Source: Planctomycetota bacterium (GTDB taxonomy: Bacteria > Planctomycetota > UBA11346). From it: a stretch of 64,000 bases of DNA. Positions 51,439 through 61,020 of this stretch are shown one piece after another. Under the pieces are notes generated by a model. The model saw nothing but the letters and a program-made list of their open reading frames with translations. It had not been told where the DNA came from and did no database searches. Where the stretch lies: NCBI GenBank assembly GCA_038231435.1, contig JBBRLJ010000026.1, positions 1 through 64,000 of the forward strand, in the 5' to 3' direction. The position numbers and the translations under genes are program-made. Every line of letters starts with the position of its first letter. The stretch's first letter is position 1.

Positions 51439-52873
51439 CGAGATTCGGCCGGCCGGGGGTCCACCAGAAATCGGTGGATGCGCTCGGACTCAGGGTGCGC
51501 TGGAGCCGGGCTCCGCGCAGGGTGGTGCCGAGCGCCGGAAAATTCACCTGGATCATGCGTCCGCTGATCGGATCCACCTGGCGCACGTAGACCATGTTGT
51601 AGAAGCCGTCCCAGGTCGCGAGGCGCCGCACGTCCACCGTCACCGCCGGCCAGTGCGTGGGCTTCTGGCTGAGCAGCGGCTGTTCGAGCGACAGGTCGCT
51701 CGACATGATGGTCAGGGTGTCGTTGTAGACGTCGTTGTTGCTGGTGCTCGGCCCGTTGCCAGAGGTGCCGACATCCATGGTGCCCATCTCGCGGTTCATG
51801 CGGCAGGCGGCGGTCTGCTCGGCGGGAGTCGCGCCGGCGGCGGGCCCGGTGACGCCGGTGTGCCGCGTGTACATGAAGATCGGCCGCGACACCGGGCGTT
51901 CGAGCTGGCAGGTGAGCAGCTGCTGCTCCCAGTTGGTGATGATGCGCATCTGGCCGTGGTCAGCGCGGCTCGGATCGCGGTAGGATGTCGCGCTGTCGCG
52001 GTACCACACCTTGCGCAGCTCGAGCAGCTTCACCGAATGCGCCTGCTTGTCGCTCCAGGTGTTGTACGGCCCGTCGTAGACCTGGTAGGCGTCGACGATC
52101 GCGTTCGCCGGCAGGTAGCTCAGCCAGCCGAAGAAGCCGAGGCCGTAGTCCAGCCCGCGCTGCTGCTGCGGCAGCCACTGGCGCGGGTATGGATCCGCCG
52201 GATCGGGCGCCTTCTGCAGAAAAACCGTGGGCCGCGGATCCGCGGCGGGGCCGGTCGACTGGAAGATCGCGTAATTGCCGTAGGGCGAGATGTCGGTGAG
52301 CGAGGAGATCCAGTTGTCGCGGTACTGCGCCCACGGATCCGCTCCGGACCAGTTGTCGCCGATGCAGAAGTTGGCCGGGTCGCCGCGGTACCAGGTGCGC
52401 GGATCGTTCGCCAGCCACAGGAAGTCGTACTGGCCGGCGCCGTCGTTCTGCACCGCGGTCGCACCGCTCTTCGGCCACGAGGCGTTGAATGGCGTGAATG
52501 GCTGGCCGAGCTGGTTCCAGTCGCTGCCGTCCGCCGCATAGCTGCCGTCCGGGGTCAGCACCTTGGTCGGGGTGGTGCGCAGCGGCGTGTGGCCGTTGCG
52601 GTCGAGGTCGGTCCAGAAATCGACCATGTCGAGGCCGCGCAGCATGCCGCCGACCAGCAGGCGGTTCTCGACGCTCAGGCGCTCGGTGATGACCATCGAC
52701 TGGGTGGCGACGCGGAAACCCGCGTAGACCATGCCGATGATCACCAGGCTGAGGGTGAGCGAGATCAGCATCTCGACGATGGTGAAGCCGCGTGCGCGCG
52801 GGCTCAGGCGGGGATCGGCATCCGCCAGCCGGGCGAGGGTCGGCGACAGTGACGATGGGCGCGAGCGGCTCAT
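51431..52873 (-). CDS. PilW/GspJ-like minor pilin (480 aa)
   Basis: RARG|FTIVEMLISLTLSLVIIGMVYAGF. Confidence 0.85.
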   Translation of the reverse strand: MSRSRPSSLSPTLARLADADPRLSPRARGFTIVEMLISLTLSLVIIGMVYAGFRVATQSMVITERLSVENRLLVGGMLRGLDMVDFWTDLDRNGHTPLRTTPTKVLTPDGSYAADGSDWNQLGQPFTPFNASWPKSGATAVQNDGAGQYDFLWLANDPRTWYRGDPANFCIGDNWSGADPWAQYRDNWISSLTDISPYGNYAIFQSTGPAADPRPTVFLQKAPDPADPYPRQWLPQQQRGLDYGLGFFGWLSYLPANAIVDAYQVYDGPYNTWSDKQAHSVKLLELRKVWYRDSATSYRDPSRADHGQMRIITNWEQQLLTCQLERPVSRPIFMYTRHTGVTGPAAGATPAEQTAACRMNREMGTMDVGTSGNGPSTSNNDVYNDTLTIMSSDLSLEQPLLSQKPTHWPAVTVDVRRLATWDGFYNMVYVRQVDPISGRMIQVNFPALGTTLRGARLQRTLSPSASTDFWWTPGRPNLDG

Positions 52874-55311
52874 TTGTTCAGCGTCCCCTGGATGCGCGGG
52901 TCGTAGAAGTTCACCACGCACACCGTCTGCGCGCGCAGCCGCACCGATGGCGATAGCGTGCCGGCGTTGGCTTCGGCGACCGGACGGTCCTTGTTGCTGC
53001 CCGAGTTGGCGGGATAGCCCTTCGGATTGCCGGGGCCGCTGGGCAGCGTGCCGGATTCCACCGCGTCGCGGTTGCAGCCGAAACGGCCGAGGAACACATT
53101 CATGTTGAACTGGTCCTTGTCGCCGAACTTCGCCGGCAGCGCCGCCTGGAGGAACTGGGCGCGGATATCTGGCGCCTGGCCGAGCACCGCCTGGTTCTCG
53201 CCGTTCGGACCTGGAGGACCGCCGAAGTTGTTGATCTCGCCGACCGTGTAGAGCAGGTCGGTGATGCGCAGCCCGGTGCCCGGATCCACGCTGGGCTCGC
53301 GGAACAGCGAGGTGAGTTCGGGATTGCGCGTGGCGTTGGCCTGGGTCGGGCCGGCGCGCTGCACGTTGAGCTGGCGCTGCAGCGGATTGCGTTTGCACCA
53401 CGACGAGCCGTACCAGTCGGTGCCAGGGAAGAGCGTGGTCTGATCGGCGGCGGGCCCGACGATCGGATAGCGCGAGGCATCGATCAGCGCGCTCGGGCAG
53501 GTCTCGAAATCCTGGTACGACTGCCAATCGACCGCCCACACCACCAGCTGACGGCAACGTTCGCTGGCGTCGAAGGGCGCGGTCAGGTTGAAATGCCGCT
53601 TCGGCCCGAGCGCCTTCTGCACCGTGCCCGCGGCCAGCGGCACCGGCGAGTCGTTGTCGTCGAGCACGCCATCGGCGTTGGTATCGAGGGTGTGCGGCGG
53701 CGCAGCGTACGACGCGGGCTCGGTCCAGGGGGACCCTTCCCACGGGCGGTTCGCGGTGCCATCCCACGCATGGGTTCCATCGAACTTGCCATCGCGAAGA
53801 TCCACCACCCCATCGCCGTCGGTGTCCTTGGCGCGACCAGGAAACGAATAGGGCAGGCCGGGGTTGACGATCGCTTCGGGGTACAGGGCCTTCCACTGCC
53901 GCTGAACGACCTGACCACCGTTGATATAGGGAAGGAAGGTGCCCGCGGCGTTCGCCGGATAGGTCGCGGTGATGGGGTCGCTCCAGCAGTCGAGCTCGAT
54001 CAGCGGATGGTCCATCATCACCTGCCGGTTCAGCGAACGCGGCGCGCCCCAGTCGTACGGGCCATTCTTGTCGGCGAAGGCGATGCCCAGGCGCAGAGCG
54101 GCCTCGTGCCAGCCGCGCACGTTGTCGATGGTGACGCCGACCGTGGTGAAGTCGGTGGCGCCGGGCATCATCGTCACCGACGGCGAGCCGCCGAGCAGGG
54201 CGCCACCGCCGGGGAATCCGGCGGGGTAATAGCGCGGCAGCGAGGCGGCGGCGTGCGCGAGATAGCGCATGCCAAGCACCTTCTTCCAATCGGCGGAACC
54301 TGAGTTGGCGAGCGCGAAGGCGGCGGCGGTCGGCTCGCTCAGGCCCTGCAACGTGGCCTGCGGGATGCCCGCGACCTCGATGCAGTACCACATCGCGATC
54401 GCGACGTACGCCTCGTTGGCGCGCTTGGCGCGATCGAAGGCCGCCCCGGACACCCACACGAAGAAGCCGGAGAAATCAGGGGTCTGCGGCTTGTCGCCGG
54501 CATTGTGCAGGCTCAGGTCGTAGGGCTTGTAGCCGTAGTGCCAGGTGCCGGTGCCGTCGTTGTAGGTCGCGGTCGAGCACAGCACTTCCTGGATCTGCGG
54601 ATCGCGGCACATCGCCTCGTAGTCCATCGCCTGCTGGAAGATGCCGCGATGATGATCGTCGCTGCCGGTCGGATCGACGAGCGCGCGCTCCTTCACGTGG
54701 CGCGGCGGCGACGGGTACCATTCCTGGTACGGCCCAACCTTGAGCGACGGGTGGTAGAGGATGGCGTTCTGCTGCGGCAGGCCGACCACGCCGATCAATA
54801 GCTTGCGGTAGAGCGGTTCCCAATGCGTCTGCGCCACCGGCTCGGGGCTGAACTGGGTGCCCACCGCCTCGTTGGGGACGCAGTAGTACAGGCGGCCGCC
54901 GGCATCGAGCAGACGCTGGATCTCGTCGTTGTCGCTGTCGAGCCGGCGCGCGATCGGCTCGGGCAAGGGCTTCACCGTGGAGCGCATGCTCTCGAGGTAG
55001 CTCTCGAGATCCGGGGCCATCGGCTTGTAGGTGACCGGGCTGTCCCAGGGATAGATCCCCTCCTTGTCCATGTCGTAGCCGTCGTTGACGATGCCCGGCC
55101 CGGCGCCGTTGGACATCAGGTCGATGAGCTCCATCGCCTTCGCGGCGGCGAGCGCCTTGAAGCGCACCGAGGTCTGGGTGCGGATGCCTGCGGGCAGCAG
55201 CATGAAGGTCGCGACCACGGCGGTGGCGACCATCGCCATGCTGAAGGCGACCTCGATCAGGGTCAGGCCGGCGCGCCGTTCCTGGCAATTGCGATGGCGA
55301 TCGGAGCGCAT
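52870..55311 (-). CDS. Giant PilV/GspI-like minor pilin (813 aa)
   Basis: RRAG|LTLIEVAFSMAMVATAVVATFMLLPAG; DxDxDG-type motifs inside. Confidence 0.85.
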   Translation of the reverse strand: MRSDRHRNCQERRAGLTLIEVAFSMAMVATAVVATFMLLPAGIRTQTSVRFKALAAAKAMELIDLMSNGAGPGIVNDGYDMDKEGIYPWDSPVTYKPMAPDLESYLESMRSTVKPLPEPIARRLDSDNDEIQRLLDAGGRLYYCVPNEAVGTQFSPEPVAQTHWEPLYRKLLIGVVGLPQQNAILYHPSLKVGPYQEWYPSPPRHVKERALVDPTGSDDHHRGIFQQAMDYEAMCRDPQIQEVLCSTATYNDGTGTWHYGYKPYDLSLHNAGDKPQTPDFSGFFVWVSGAAFDRAKRANEAYVAIAMWYCIEVAGIPQATLQGLSEPTAAAFALANSGSADWKKVLGMRYLAHAAASLPRYYPAGFPGGGALLGGSPSVTMMPGATDFTTVGVTIDNVRGWHEAALRLGIAFADKNGPYDWGAPRSLNRQVMMDHPLIELDCWSDPITATYPANAAGTFLPYINGGQVVQRQWKALYPEAIVNPGLPYSFPGRAKDTDGDGVVDLRDGKFDGTHAWDGTANRPWEGSPWTEPASYAAPPHTLDTNADGVLDDNDSPVPLAAGTVQKALGPKRHFNLTAPFDASERCRQLVVWAVDWQSYQDFETCPSALIDASRYPIVGPAADQTTLFPGTDWYGSSWCKRNPLQRQLNVQRAGPTQANATRNPELTSLFREPSVDPGTGLRITDLLYTVGEINNFGGPPGPNGENQAVLGQAPDIRAQFLQAALPAKFGDKDQFNMNVFLGRFGCNRDAVESGTLPSGPGNPKGYPANSGSNKDRPVAEANAGTLSPSVRLRAQTVCVVNFYDPRIQGTLNK

Positions 55312-55883
55312 CAGAATTCCTGGCTCGCGACGATGCCGATCTCGTAGATCGAGATCGCGCGCTTCAGCTGGTTGTCGAGCGTACGGATGCTCAGGTGATC
55401 GGGATTGCCCAGCGGCACCGAGCCGATCGCGATCGGCTGCAGGGTCACCGGATCGTGCGGCTCGCCGGTGGCGTAGTCGTAGAACCACGCCCAGTCCCCA
55501 GCCAGAGGCGCGTTGCCGCGGTAGATGAGCAGGTTCTCATTGAGGGTGCGGCGGCGCACCTCGGTTGCGGACGATGGCGTGTTAGGATCGCCGAGCACTA
55601 CCGAGACGTAGGCGCGGCCGCTCACATTGGTGCCGATGCGTACGCCGTACTCGTAGCCGTTCGCCGGCGCCTGGTTCGTCCTGGCCATGCGCGACGCGTC
55701 ATTGGAGGCCTCGACCAGATCACCGACCGCCTGATTCAGGCGTGCCTTGCGCAGGTTGCCGACCAGTCCACTCACCGAGAGCCCGGACAGCGTGATCATC
55801 ACGCCGAGCACCACCATCAGCTCGACCGCGGTGATGCCGACGCGTGTCCGGCAGGTGGACGGCATGCGAGGGAGAGCGCTCAT
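55311..55883 (-). CDS. FimT/GspH-like minor pilin (190 aa)
   Basis: RVG|ITAVELMVVLGVMITLSGL...ARLNQAVGDLVEASNDASRMA. Confidence 0.82.
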   Translation of the reverse strand: MSALPRMPSTCRTRVGITAVELMVVLGVMITLSGLSVSGLVGNLRKARLNQAVGDLVEASNDASRMARTNQAPANGYEYGVRIGTNVSGRAYVSVVLGDPNTPSSATEVRRRTLNENLLIYRGNAPLAGDWAWFYDYATGEPHDPVTLQPIAIGSVPLGNPDHLSIRTLDNQLKRAISIYEIGIVASQEF

Positions 55884-56524
55884 TGGACGTTCTCCCAGGT
55901 GCGGATGTCGTCCTTCGCCGGATCGTCGAGCTTCTCGTCGGCGCCATCCTTGCCCGCCGACCACACGCCGATGCCGCCAGCCGCCTTGAGCGGATCGGCG
56001 AATGCGGTGGCGTTGGTCACCGCCACGTGCGCGGTGGGCGGCGAGCCGTAACGGACATCCTCCGAGAAGACGATGCGCAGCGGGCGGCGCCAGGCATCGA
56101 CGATGCGTCCGGTGGTCTCGTCGAAGTTGCGCTTCGGGAGGGACATGCCGGTGGCTGCGTAGAGGCCCTTGTAGCCCGAGGCCACCACCGCGGCGGTGTA
56201 TTGCTCGGCGGCGCTGAGCACAGTGTTCTCGAGCGCGGGGCTGCCGTCGACCAGGCCGTCGTGGTTGACGTCCCAGATGCGGTAGATGCGCTTGCCAGTG
56301 GACTCGGTGACGGTCAGGGATTGCTGGCTCGCCGAGACGATGGTGGTGACCACTGCGTGCACCAGAGTCGCGGTGCCCGAGACCCGCGAGCGCTCGCGCA
56401 TCGAGGACATCACCGGAAACATCATCGCCATCATCAAGGCGATGATCGAGATCACGACGATCATCTCCACCATGGTGAAGCCAGACGTGGTGATCCCCGA
56501 GATGGCGGGGGCTGGGCTGCGCAT
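55880..56524 (-). CDS. GspG-like major (pseudo)pilin (about 214 aa)
   Basis: SG|FTMVEMIVVISIIALMMAMMFP; DAWRRPL; WSAGKDG...DDI. Confidence 0.88.
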   Translation of the reverse strand: MRSPAPAISGITTSGFTMVEMIVVISIIALMMAMMFPVMSSMRERSRVSGTATLVHAVVTTIVSASQQSLTVTESTGKRIYRIWDVNHDGLVDGSPALENTVLSAAEQYTAAVVASGYKGLYAATGMSLPKRNFDETTGRIVDAWRRPLRIVFSEDVRYGSPPTAHVAVTNATAFADPLKAAGGIGVWSAGKDGADEKLDDPAKDDIRTWENVQ

Positions 56525-56874
56525 ACCTAAAAGCATGCATGAAAGACGGGGTTTGGAATGGATACCGGACACCGCTCCGGACATGCGGTTCACATGCCGG
56601 GCGGCGTTCGGCCGGGCGGCCAGGCGGGCCAAGGCGTTACATTCCCCGAAGGCGATCGACGCTGGACCCGGAAGGGTTTGAACAGACCCATCGAGGACCG
56701 TTGGCAGCTGTGAAACGGCCGCGGATCCGTCACCTGGATGTGCCGACGGAACCACGCTCGGCCGTGCCGCCGATCTGCTATTAGGTAAATTATTGCGGTT
56801 TTGACCCACGGCCCGTCAGGGCTCGGGCGACGGTGGAGCTTGCTGCACGCTGCTATGGTCTACGGTCTACGGCG

Positions 56875-57903
56875 ATGGGAAAGCGCCCGATTTCGCAAGA
56901 CGACCTGGCCAGACGCCTGGGCCTCACCCAGATGACGGTGTCGCTCGCGCTCAGCGGCAAGGGCCGGGTCGCGGTCGAGACCCGCGAGCGCGTCGCCGCG
57001 CTCGCCACCAAGCTCGGCTACCGGCCGAATTCCATGGCGCGGCGCGTGCACGAAGGGCGCTACCGTGGACTGGCCCTGCTCGGCAGCGCGTCGCGTCCCG
57101 CCTTCAATGTCTGGGATCAGGACTTCCACATGAGCGTCGGCGCCGCGCTCGCTGAACGCTCGTGGCACCTCACCGAAAGCTGGCTGCCGGGCGAGGGGCT
57201 CGCCGATCCCGCCACCGTCACCGGGCTGCTCGATCGCCTGCTCGCCGACGCCGTGCTGGTGCACGACGTGGGACCGCAGCCGCCGGTGGTCGAGGCGCTG
57301 CTTGAACGCCACCGCGTGCCCGCGGTGTGGGTCAACACCGGCCGCGCTTCCGACGCGGTTGATTTCGCCGACGCCCAGGCCGGTGCCGACGCGATCGCTC
57401 ACCTGCTCGCCCAGGGATATCGCCAGCCGGCGATGGTTCTCGACAGTCCTCCCGACAACGCCGGCGCGCACGTCAGCCAGGGCCTGCGCGCCGAAGGCTG
57501 GCGCCGCGGCTGCGTGGAAGCAGGCATCGCGCCGCGCTTCGTGCATCCCGAGCCGGTGGAGGCCTGGCGCATGGAGCTCACCAGCGCGCTGCGCCAGGCG
57601 CTCGCGGGGAACGACCGGCCCGATGCCATCGCGTGCTACAGCTACAAGGTGCTGTTCGTGGCGCGGCTGGTGTCGGCCGATCTCGGCCTGCGCATCGGGC
57701 GCGATCTCGGACTGATGTGCTTCGCCAAGGCAGCCGACGCGGAGATCGACCGCGCTTACACCGTGTGCGCGCAGGATTACCAGGCGATGGCGCGCGAGGC
57801 GGTGGCGATGGCGTGGCGACGGCTCGATACCGGAAAGGTCCAGCCGAAGGTGCTGATCCCCATGCCCTTGATGAAGCACGGCACCACCGATCGATCCAGC
57901 TGA
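56875..57903 (+). CDS. LacI-family transcriptional regulator
   Basis: ISQDDLARRLGLTQMTVSLALSGKGRVA.ETRERV...LGYRPN; periplasmic-binding-like C-terminal domain. Confidence 0.92.
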   Translation: MGKRPISQDDLARRLGLTQMTVSLALSGKGRVAVETRERVAALATKLGYRPNSMARRVHEGRYRGLALLGSASRPAFNVWDQDFHMSVGAALAERSWHLTESWLPGEGLADPATVTGLLDRLLADAVLVHDVGPQPPVVEALLERHRVPAVWVNTGRASDAVDFADAQAGADAIAHLLAQGYRQPAMVLDSPPDNAGAHVSQGLRAEGWRRGCVEAGIAPRFVHPEPVEAWRMELTSALRQALAGNDRPDAIACYSYKVLFVARLVSADLGLRIGRDLGLMCFAKAADAEIDRAYTVCAQDYQAMAREAVAMAWRRLDTGKVQPKVLIPMPLMKHGTTDRSS

Positions 57904-57979
57904 GCCGCGAGCCGATGGGCGGACAACTGCTGGAATTCCCACGGGGCTCCTGTCACCCGAACTCACGCGAGCCCGTGAC

Positions 57980-59425
57980 CTAGCCCGCGTACACCACGAT
58001 GCGACGCAACACCGGCGCCGCCTGGCTCGCGAGGATGCGCACGCGAATGCGTCGCGAGTGGAAGGGCGGCAGACGCAGGATGCGCTGTGCTCCGATGGTG
58101 GTGCCGCGCGCGATCTCGGTCCAGGCGTTGCCGTATTCGGCCTCGACCACGAACGCCTCGACGCGCTGGCCGAAGCGGATCTCCTCCTCGATGCGGATGC
58201 CTCCCACCGTCGCTTCGTCGGCGAAATCGATCTGGATGGTCGCTGTCGTCGCGGCTGCCGCCCACCAGCGCGGACCGGCTCCGCCCGGGCCAGCGGTCAG
58301 CGCCTGCGCGTCTGAGCTGCCGGGCTGATCCACGCTCACTGGCATGCCGGTGGAGAGGTCGCGCGCGGTGAAGGCGTCGACCAGGCGCTTGAAACCAGCG
58401 AGTTCGGCGACATCCGCCTCAGGGATCAGCCCGCGACGATCCGGGGTGAGGTTCAGGAGCATCGACGCGCCGTGTCCCACCGATGCCAGCCACAGGCCGA
58501 AGAGCTGCTCGGCGGATTTCGGCCGCTCGGATGCGTGCCAGAACCAGCCCGGGCGGATGCTGACGTCGCACTCGGCCGGGCGCCACAGCGTGCCGTCGGC
58601 ATCGCCGTGCGCGAGACGCTCCAGATGGTCGACCTGTCCGGGCGCGATGCCCTCGGGCCGCTGCCGGCACCAGTTGGTGACCCCCGCGACGCCGCGCTCG
58701 TTGCCGACCCAACGGATGTCGGGACCCGCGTCGGTGAACAGCACCGCATCGGGCTGGAGACGATGACATTCCGCCCACAGTTCCGGGAAGCGGTAATAGC
58801 TGGCGCGATCGATCGAGCGCTTCTCGCGCGCGCCTCCGTAGTACCCGTCGCCGCCGTTGGCACCGTCGAACCACACCTCGCACACGTCGCCATAGCGGGT
58901 CAGCAGCTCGGCCACCTGCCGGTGGTAGGTGGCGACATACTCGGGGCCGCCGTACGCCGCATGGTTGCGGTCCCATGGCGAGCAATAGATGCCGAAGCCC
59001 AGGTCGGCCGCGCGGCACGCCGCCGCGAGCTCGGCCGCCACGTCGCCACGGCCGTCGCGCCACGGCGAGCGCGCGACCGAGTGGGTGGTGGTCGCGGTCG
59101 GCCACAGGCAGAATCCATCGTGGTGCTTGGCGGTGAGGATGAGCGCCTTCAATCCGCCCGCCTTGGCGGCGGCGACCCACTGCCCGCAGTCGAGTGCGCT
59201 CGGCGCGAACAGCGCCGGATCCTCGTCACCAAAGCCCCACTCGCTGTCGGTGAAGGTGTTCATGGTGAAATGCACGAAGCCGTAGAGCTCGCGACCGTGC
59301 CAGGCGAGCTGGCGCGCGCTCGGCACCGGGCCATGGGCGGCCCGAGTGGCGGCGGACTCGGGCCTGGGAGCGGGCTTCTGAGGGGACATGAGTACTGGAG
59401 CCGGATTGCTGACGGTCGTAGACAT
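57980..59425 (-). CDS. Alpha-L-fucosidase (GH29) with a C-terminal F5/8-type (CBM32-like) domain
   Basis: FVHF.MNTF, LTAKHHDGFCLWP, YCSPWDRN, EVWFDGANGG, IRWVGNE, ECDVSIRPGWF. Confidence 0.93.
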   Translation of the reverse strand: MSTTVSNPAPVLMSPQKPAPRPESAATRAAHGPVPSARQLAWHGRELYGFVHFTMNTFTDSEWGFGDEDPALFAPSALDCGQWVAAAKAGGLKALILTAKHHDGFCLWPTATTTHSVARSPWRDGRGDVAAELAAACRAADLGFGIYCSPWDRNHAAYGGPEYVATYHRQVAELLTRYGDVCEVWFDGANGGDGYYGGAREKRSIDRASYYRFPELWAECHRLQPDAVLFTDAGPDIRWVGNERGVAGVTNWCRQRPEGIAPGQVDHLERLAHGDADGTLWRPAECDVSIRPGWFWHASERPKSAEQLFGLWLASVGHGASMLLNLTPDRRGLIPEADVAELAGFKRLVDAFTARDLSTGMPVSVDQPGSSDAQALTAGPGGAGPRWWAAAATTATIQIDFADEATVGGIRIEEEIRFGQRVEAFVVEAEYGNAWTEIARGTTIGAQRILRLPPFHSRRIRVRILASQAAPVLRRIVVYAG

Positions 59426-59475
59426 GATGATTCCCTCGCTGCCGCGCAGGCTAGCGTCCGGGTGGCGGGGGAACC

Positions 59476-60375
59476 ATGGCGGCCTTGCATCTGGATGTGT
59501 CGTTTCCGCTCTTCCACGGCGGATCCACCGCAGCGGTCACCGATCGGTTGCGCCTGCGCCTGCTGCACCTCGGCGGCACCCTGGTCGACGAGGGCTGGGG
59601 CAGCGCCGACTTCGCCGCGCCCTACTGGCGCGCCTACCTGAATCTCGACGACGGCATCGAGGTCCGCGCGCGCGGCGGGCCGGCCATCCAGCTGCGCGCC
59701 GGGCATCTCTACATAATCCCGGCGTGGCTGTCGTGGGCGGGCCGCTGTCGTGGCCGGGTGCGCCATCTCAACGCGTCGATCGAATTGCCCAACCTGCCGC
59801 GCGATCGCGTGACAGCCCGCTGCAACCGTGTCCTCCACCTCGGCGGTCCGGGTGCCGCGCTGCCGGACGACTGGCTGCGCCTGGGTATCGAACTGGCGGG
59901 GGCGGACCAGCCTGGCGCGGCCCGGATCGCTCGCGGCTACGCGCTCGCCTACGAGGCCATCGCCGCTGCGTTCGTGCAACTGGGGAAGGACGGCGACGCG
60001 ATGCTCGCCGCCCCAGGCGAGGCGCTGCTCGCCGACACCGTGGCCTGGATCGAGCGCAACTTATCGGACCACCTCGCGGCCGATCGCCTGGCCAAGGTCG
60101 CGGGTTGCAGCCGCGCCGAGCTGGTGCGGCGTTTCCGCTCAGCCTACGGAACGTCGCCGGCGCGCTGGATCCGCCAGCGGCGCATCGCGGTGGCCGCGGA
60201 TGCCCTGCGCTGTACTGACGACGGCATCGACGAGATCGCCCGGCGCTGCGGCTTCAGTGACCGCAGCCGCTTCAGCAAGGTCTTCGCCTCGATGTTCGGA
60301 CGCGGTCCCGCCGCGTGGCGGAAGCAGGAACGCGCGCGCTACGGACAGGTCATGGGCGGCGCCCCCAAACCCTGA
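59476..60375 (+). CDS. AraC-family transcriptional regulator
   Basis: Cupin-like N-terminal domain; LAKVAGCSR...F...G.SP..W...R...EIARRCGFSD.SRFSKVF....G.GPAAWR. Confidence 0.92.
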   Translation: MAALHLDVSFPLFHGGSTAAVTDRLRLRLLHLGGTLVDEGWGSADFAAPYWRAYLNLDDGIEVRARGGPAIQLRAGHLYIIPAWLSWAGRCRGRVRHLNASIELPNLPRDRVTARCNRVLHLGGPGAALPDDWLRLGIELAGADQPGAARIARGYALAYEAIAAAFVQLGKDGDAMLAAPGEALLADTVAWIERNLSDHLAADRLAKVAGCSRAELVRRFRSAYGTSPARWIRQRRIAVAADALRCTDDGIDEIARRCGFSDRSRFSKVFASMFGRGPAAWRKQERARYGQVMGGAPKP

Positions 60376-60444
60376 TAGCGCGATAACAGCAGCGCGATCA
60401 CTGCGCAAAACTCTGCACGATGGCAGCGATGCCGACAACGCGCT

Positions 60445-61020
60445 TCAGGGCGGTGATTCTTGGGACAGCCACCACAGCCCTGCGTAGACCTTGTGGTCGA
60501 TCAGCATCCCCTCGCGCGAGCGCTCCTCGAGCCACGCCACGATGCCGGCGAGCGGAACCCGATGCACGGTGATGTCCTCGCCGGCGACCCCACCTCCGGC
60601 ACCCATCTGCACGAGACCGCGCGCGCGGATCAGCGTGGTCACCTCGCTGGTCAGCCCGGCCGATGACGGACCGCGCGCGAGCTGGCGCAGGTCCTTGGAG
60701 GTCCAGCCGGTTTCCTCCTCGAGCTCGCGGGCGGCGGCGACGAGCAGGTCCTCGTTGGCCTGCTCGTCGCCGACCAGGCCTGCGGGCAGCTCGATGACGC
60801 GGGCGTCCACGGGGATGCGCCGCTGCTCGACCAGCAGCAGCTCGCGCGCCGGTGTCACCGCGATCACGCCGACCACCGCGGTGGCGTTCTTGCGCCGGAC
60901 GAACTCCCAGTGGTCGCGGCGCACCACCTCGATGAACTTCCCCGCATGCAGCACGGTAGGCGGATCTGTCTGGGGATCTGTCTGGGGATCTGTCTTGCGA
61001 TCGGTCCTACGAACGGTCAT
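60445..61020 (-). CDS. Nudix hydrolase, ADP-ribose pyrophosphatase-like
   Basis: ELPAGLVGD...AAARELEEETG Nudix box; QRRIP and SAGLTSE. Confidence 0.9.
   Translation of the reverse strand: MTVRRTDRKTDPQTDPQTDPPTVLHAGKFIEVVRRDHWEFVRRKNATAVVGVIAVTPARELLLVEQRRIPVDARVIELPAGLVGDEQANEDLLVAAARELEEETGWTSKDLRQLARGPSSAGLTSEVTTLIRARGLVQMGAGGGVAGEDITVHRVPLAGIVAWLEERSREGMLIDHKVYAGLWWLSQESPP
60962..61009. repeat. 12-bp tandem repeat (GGATCTGTCTGG x2, plus degenerate copies) in the Nudix 5' end
   Basis: Read directly; encodes TDRK-TDPQ-TDPQ-TDPP. Confidence 0.85.

Noticed and set aside
51431..54457. 1008-aa ORF as a single giant protein (likewise the long versions of 47533-49287, 49226-50755 and 55311-56540)
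   Set aside because: The upstream parts are Arg-rich alternative-frame readthrough of the neighbouring pilin genes; the true starts lie at overlapping stop/start junctions just before the prepilin motifs.
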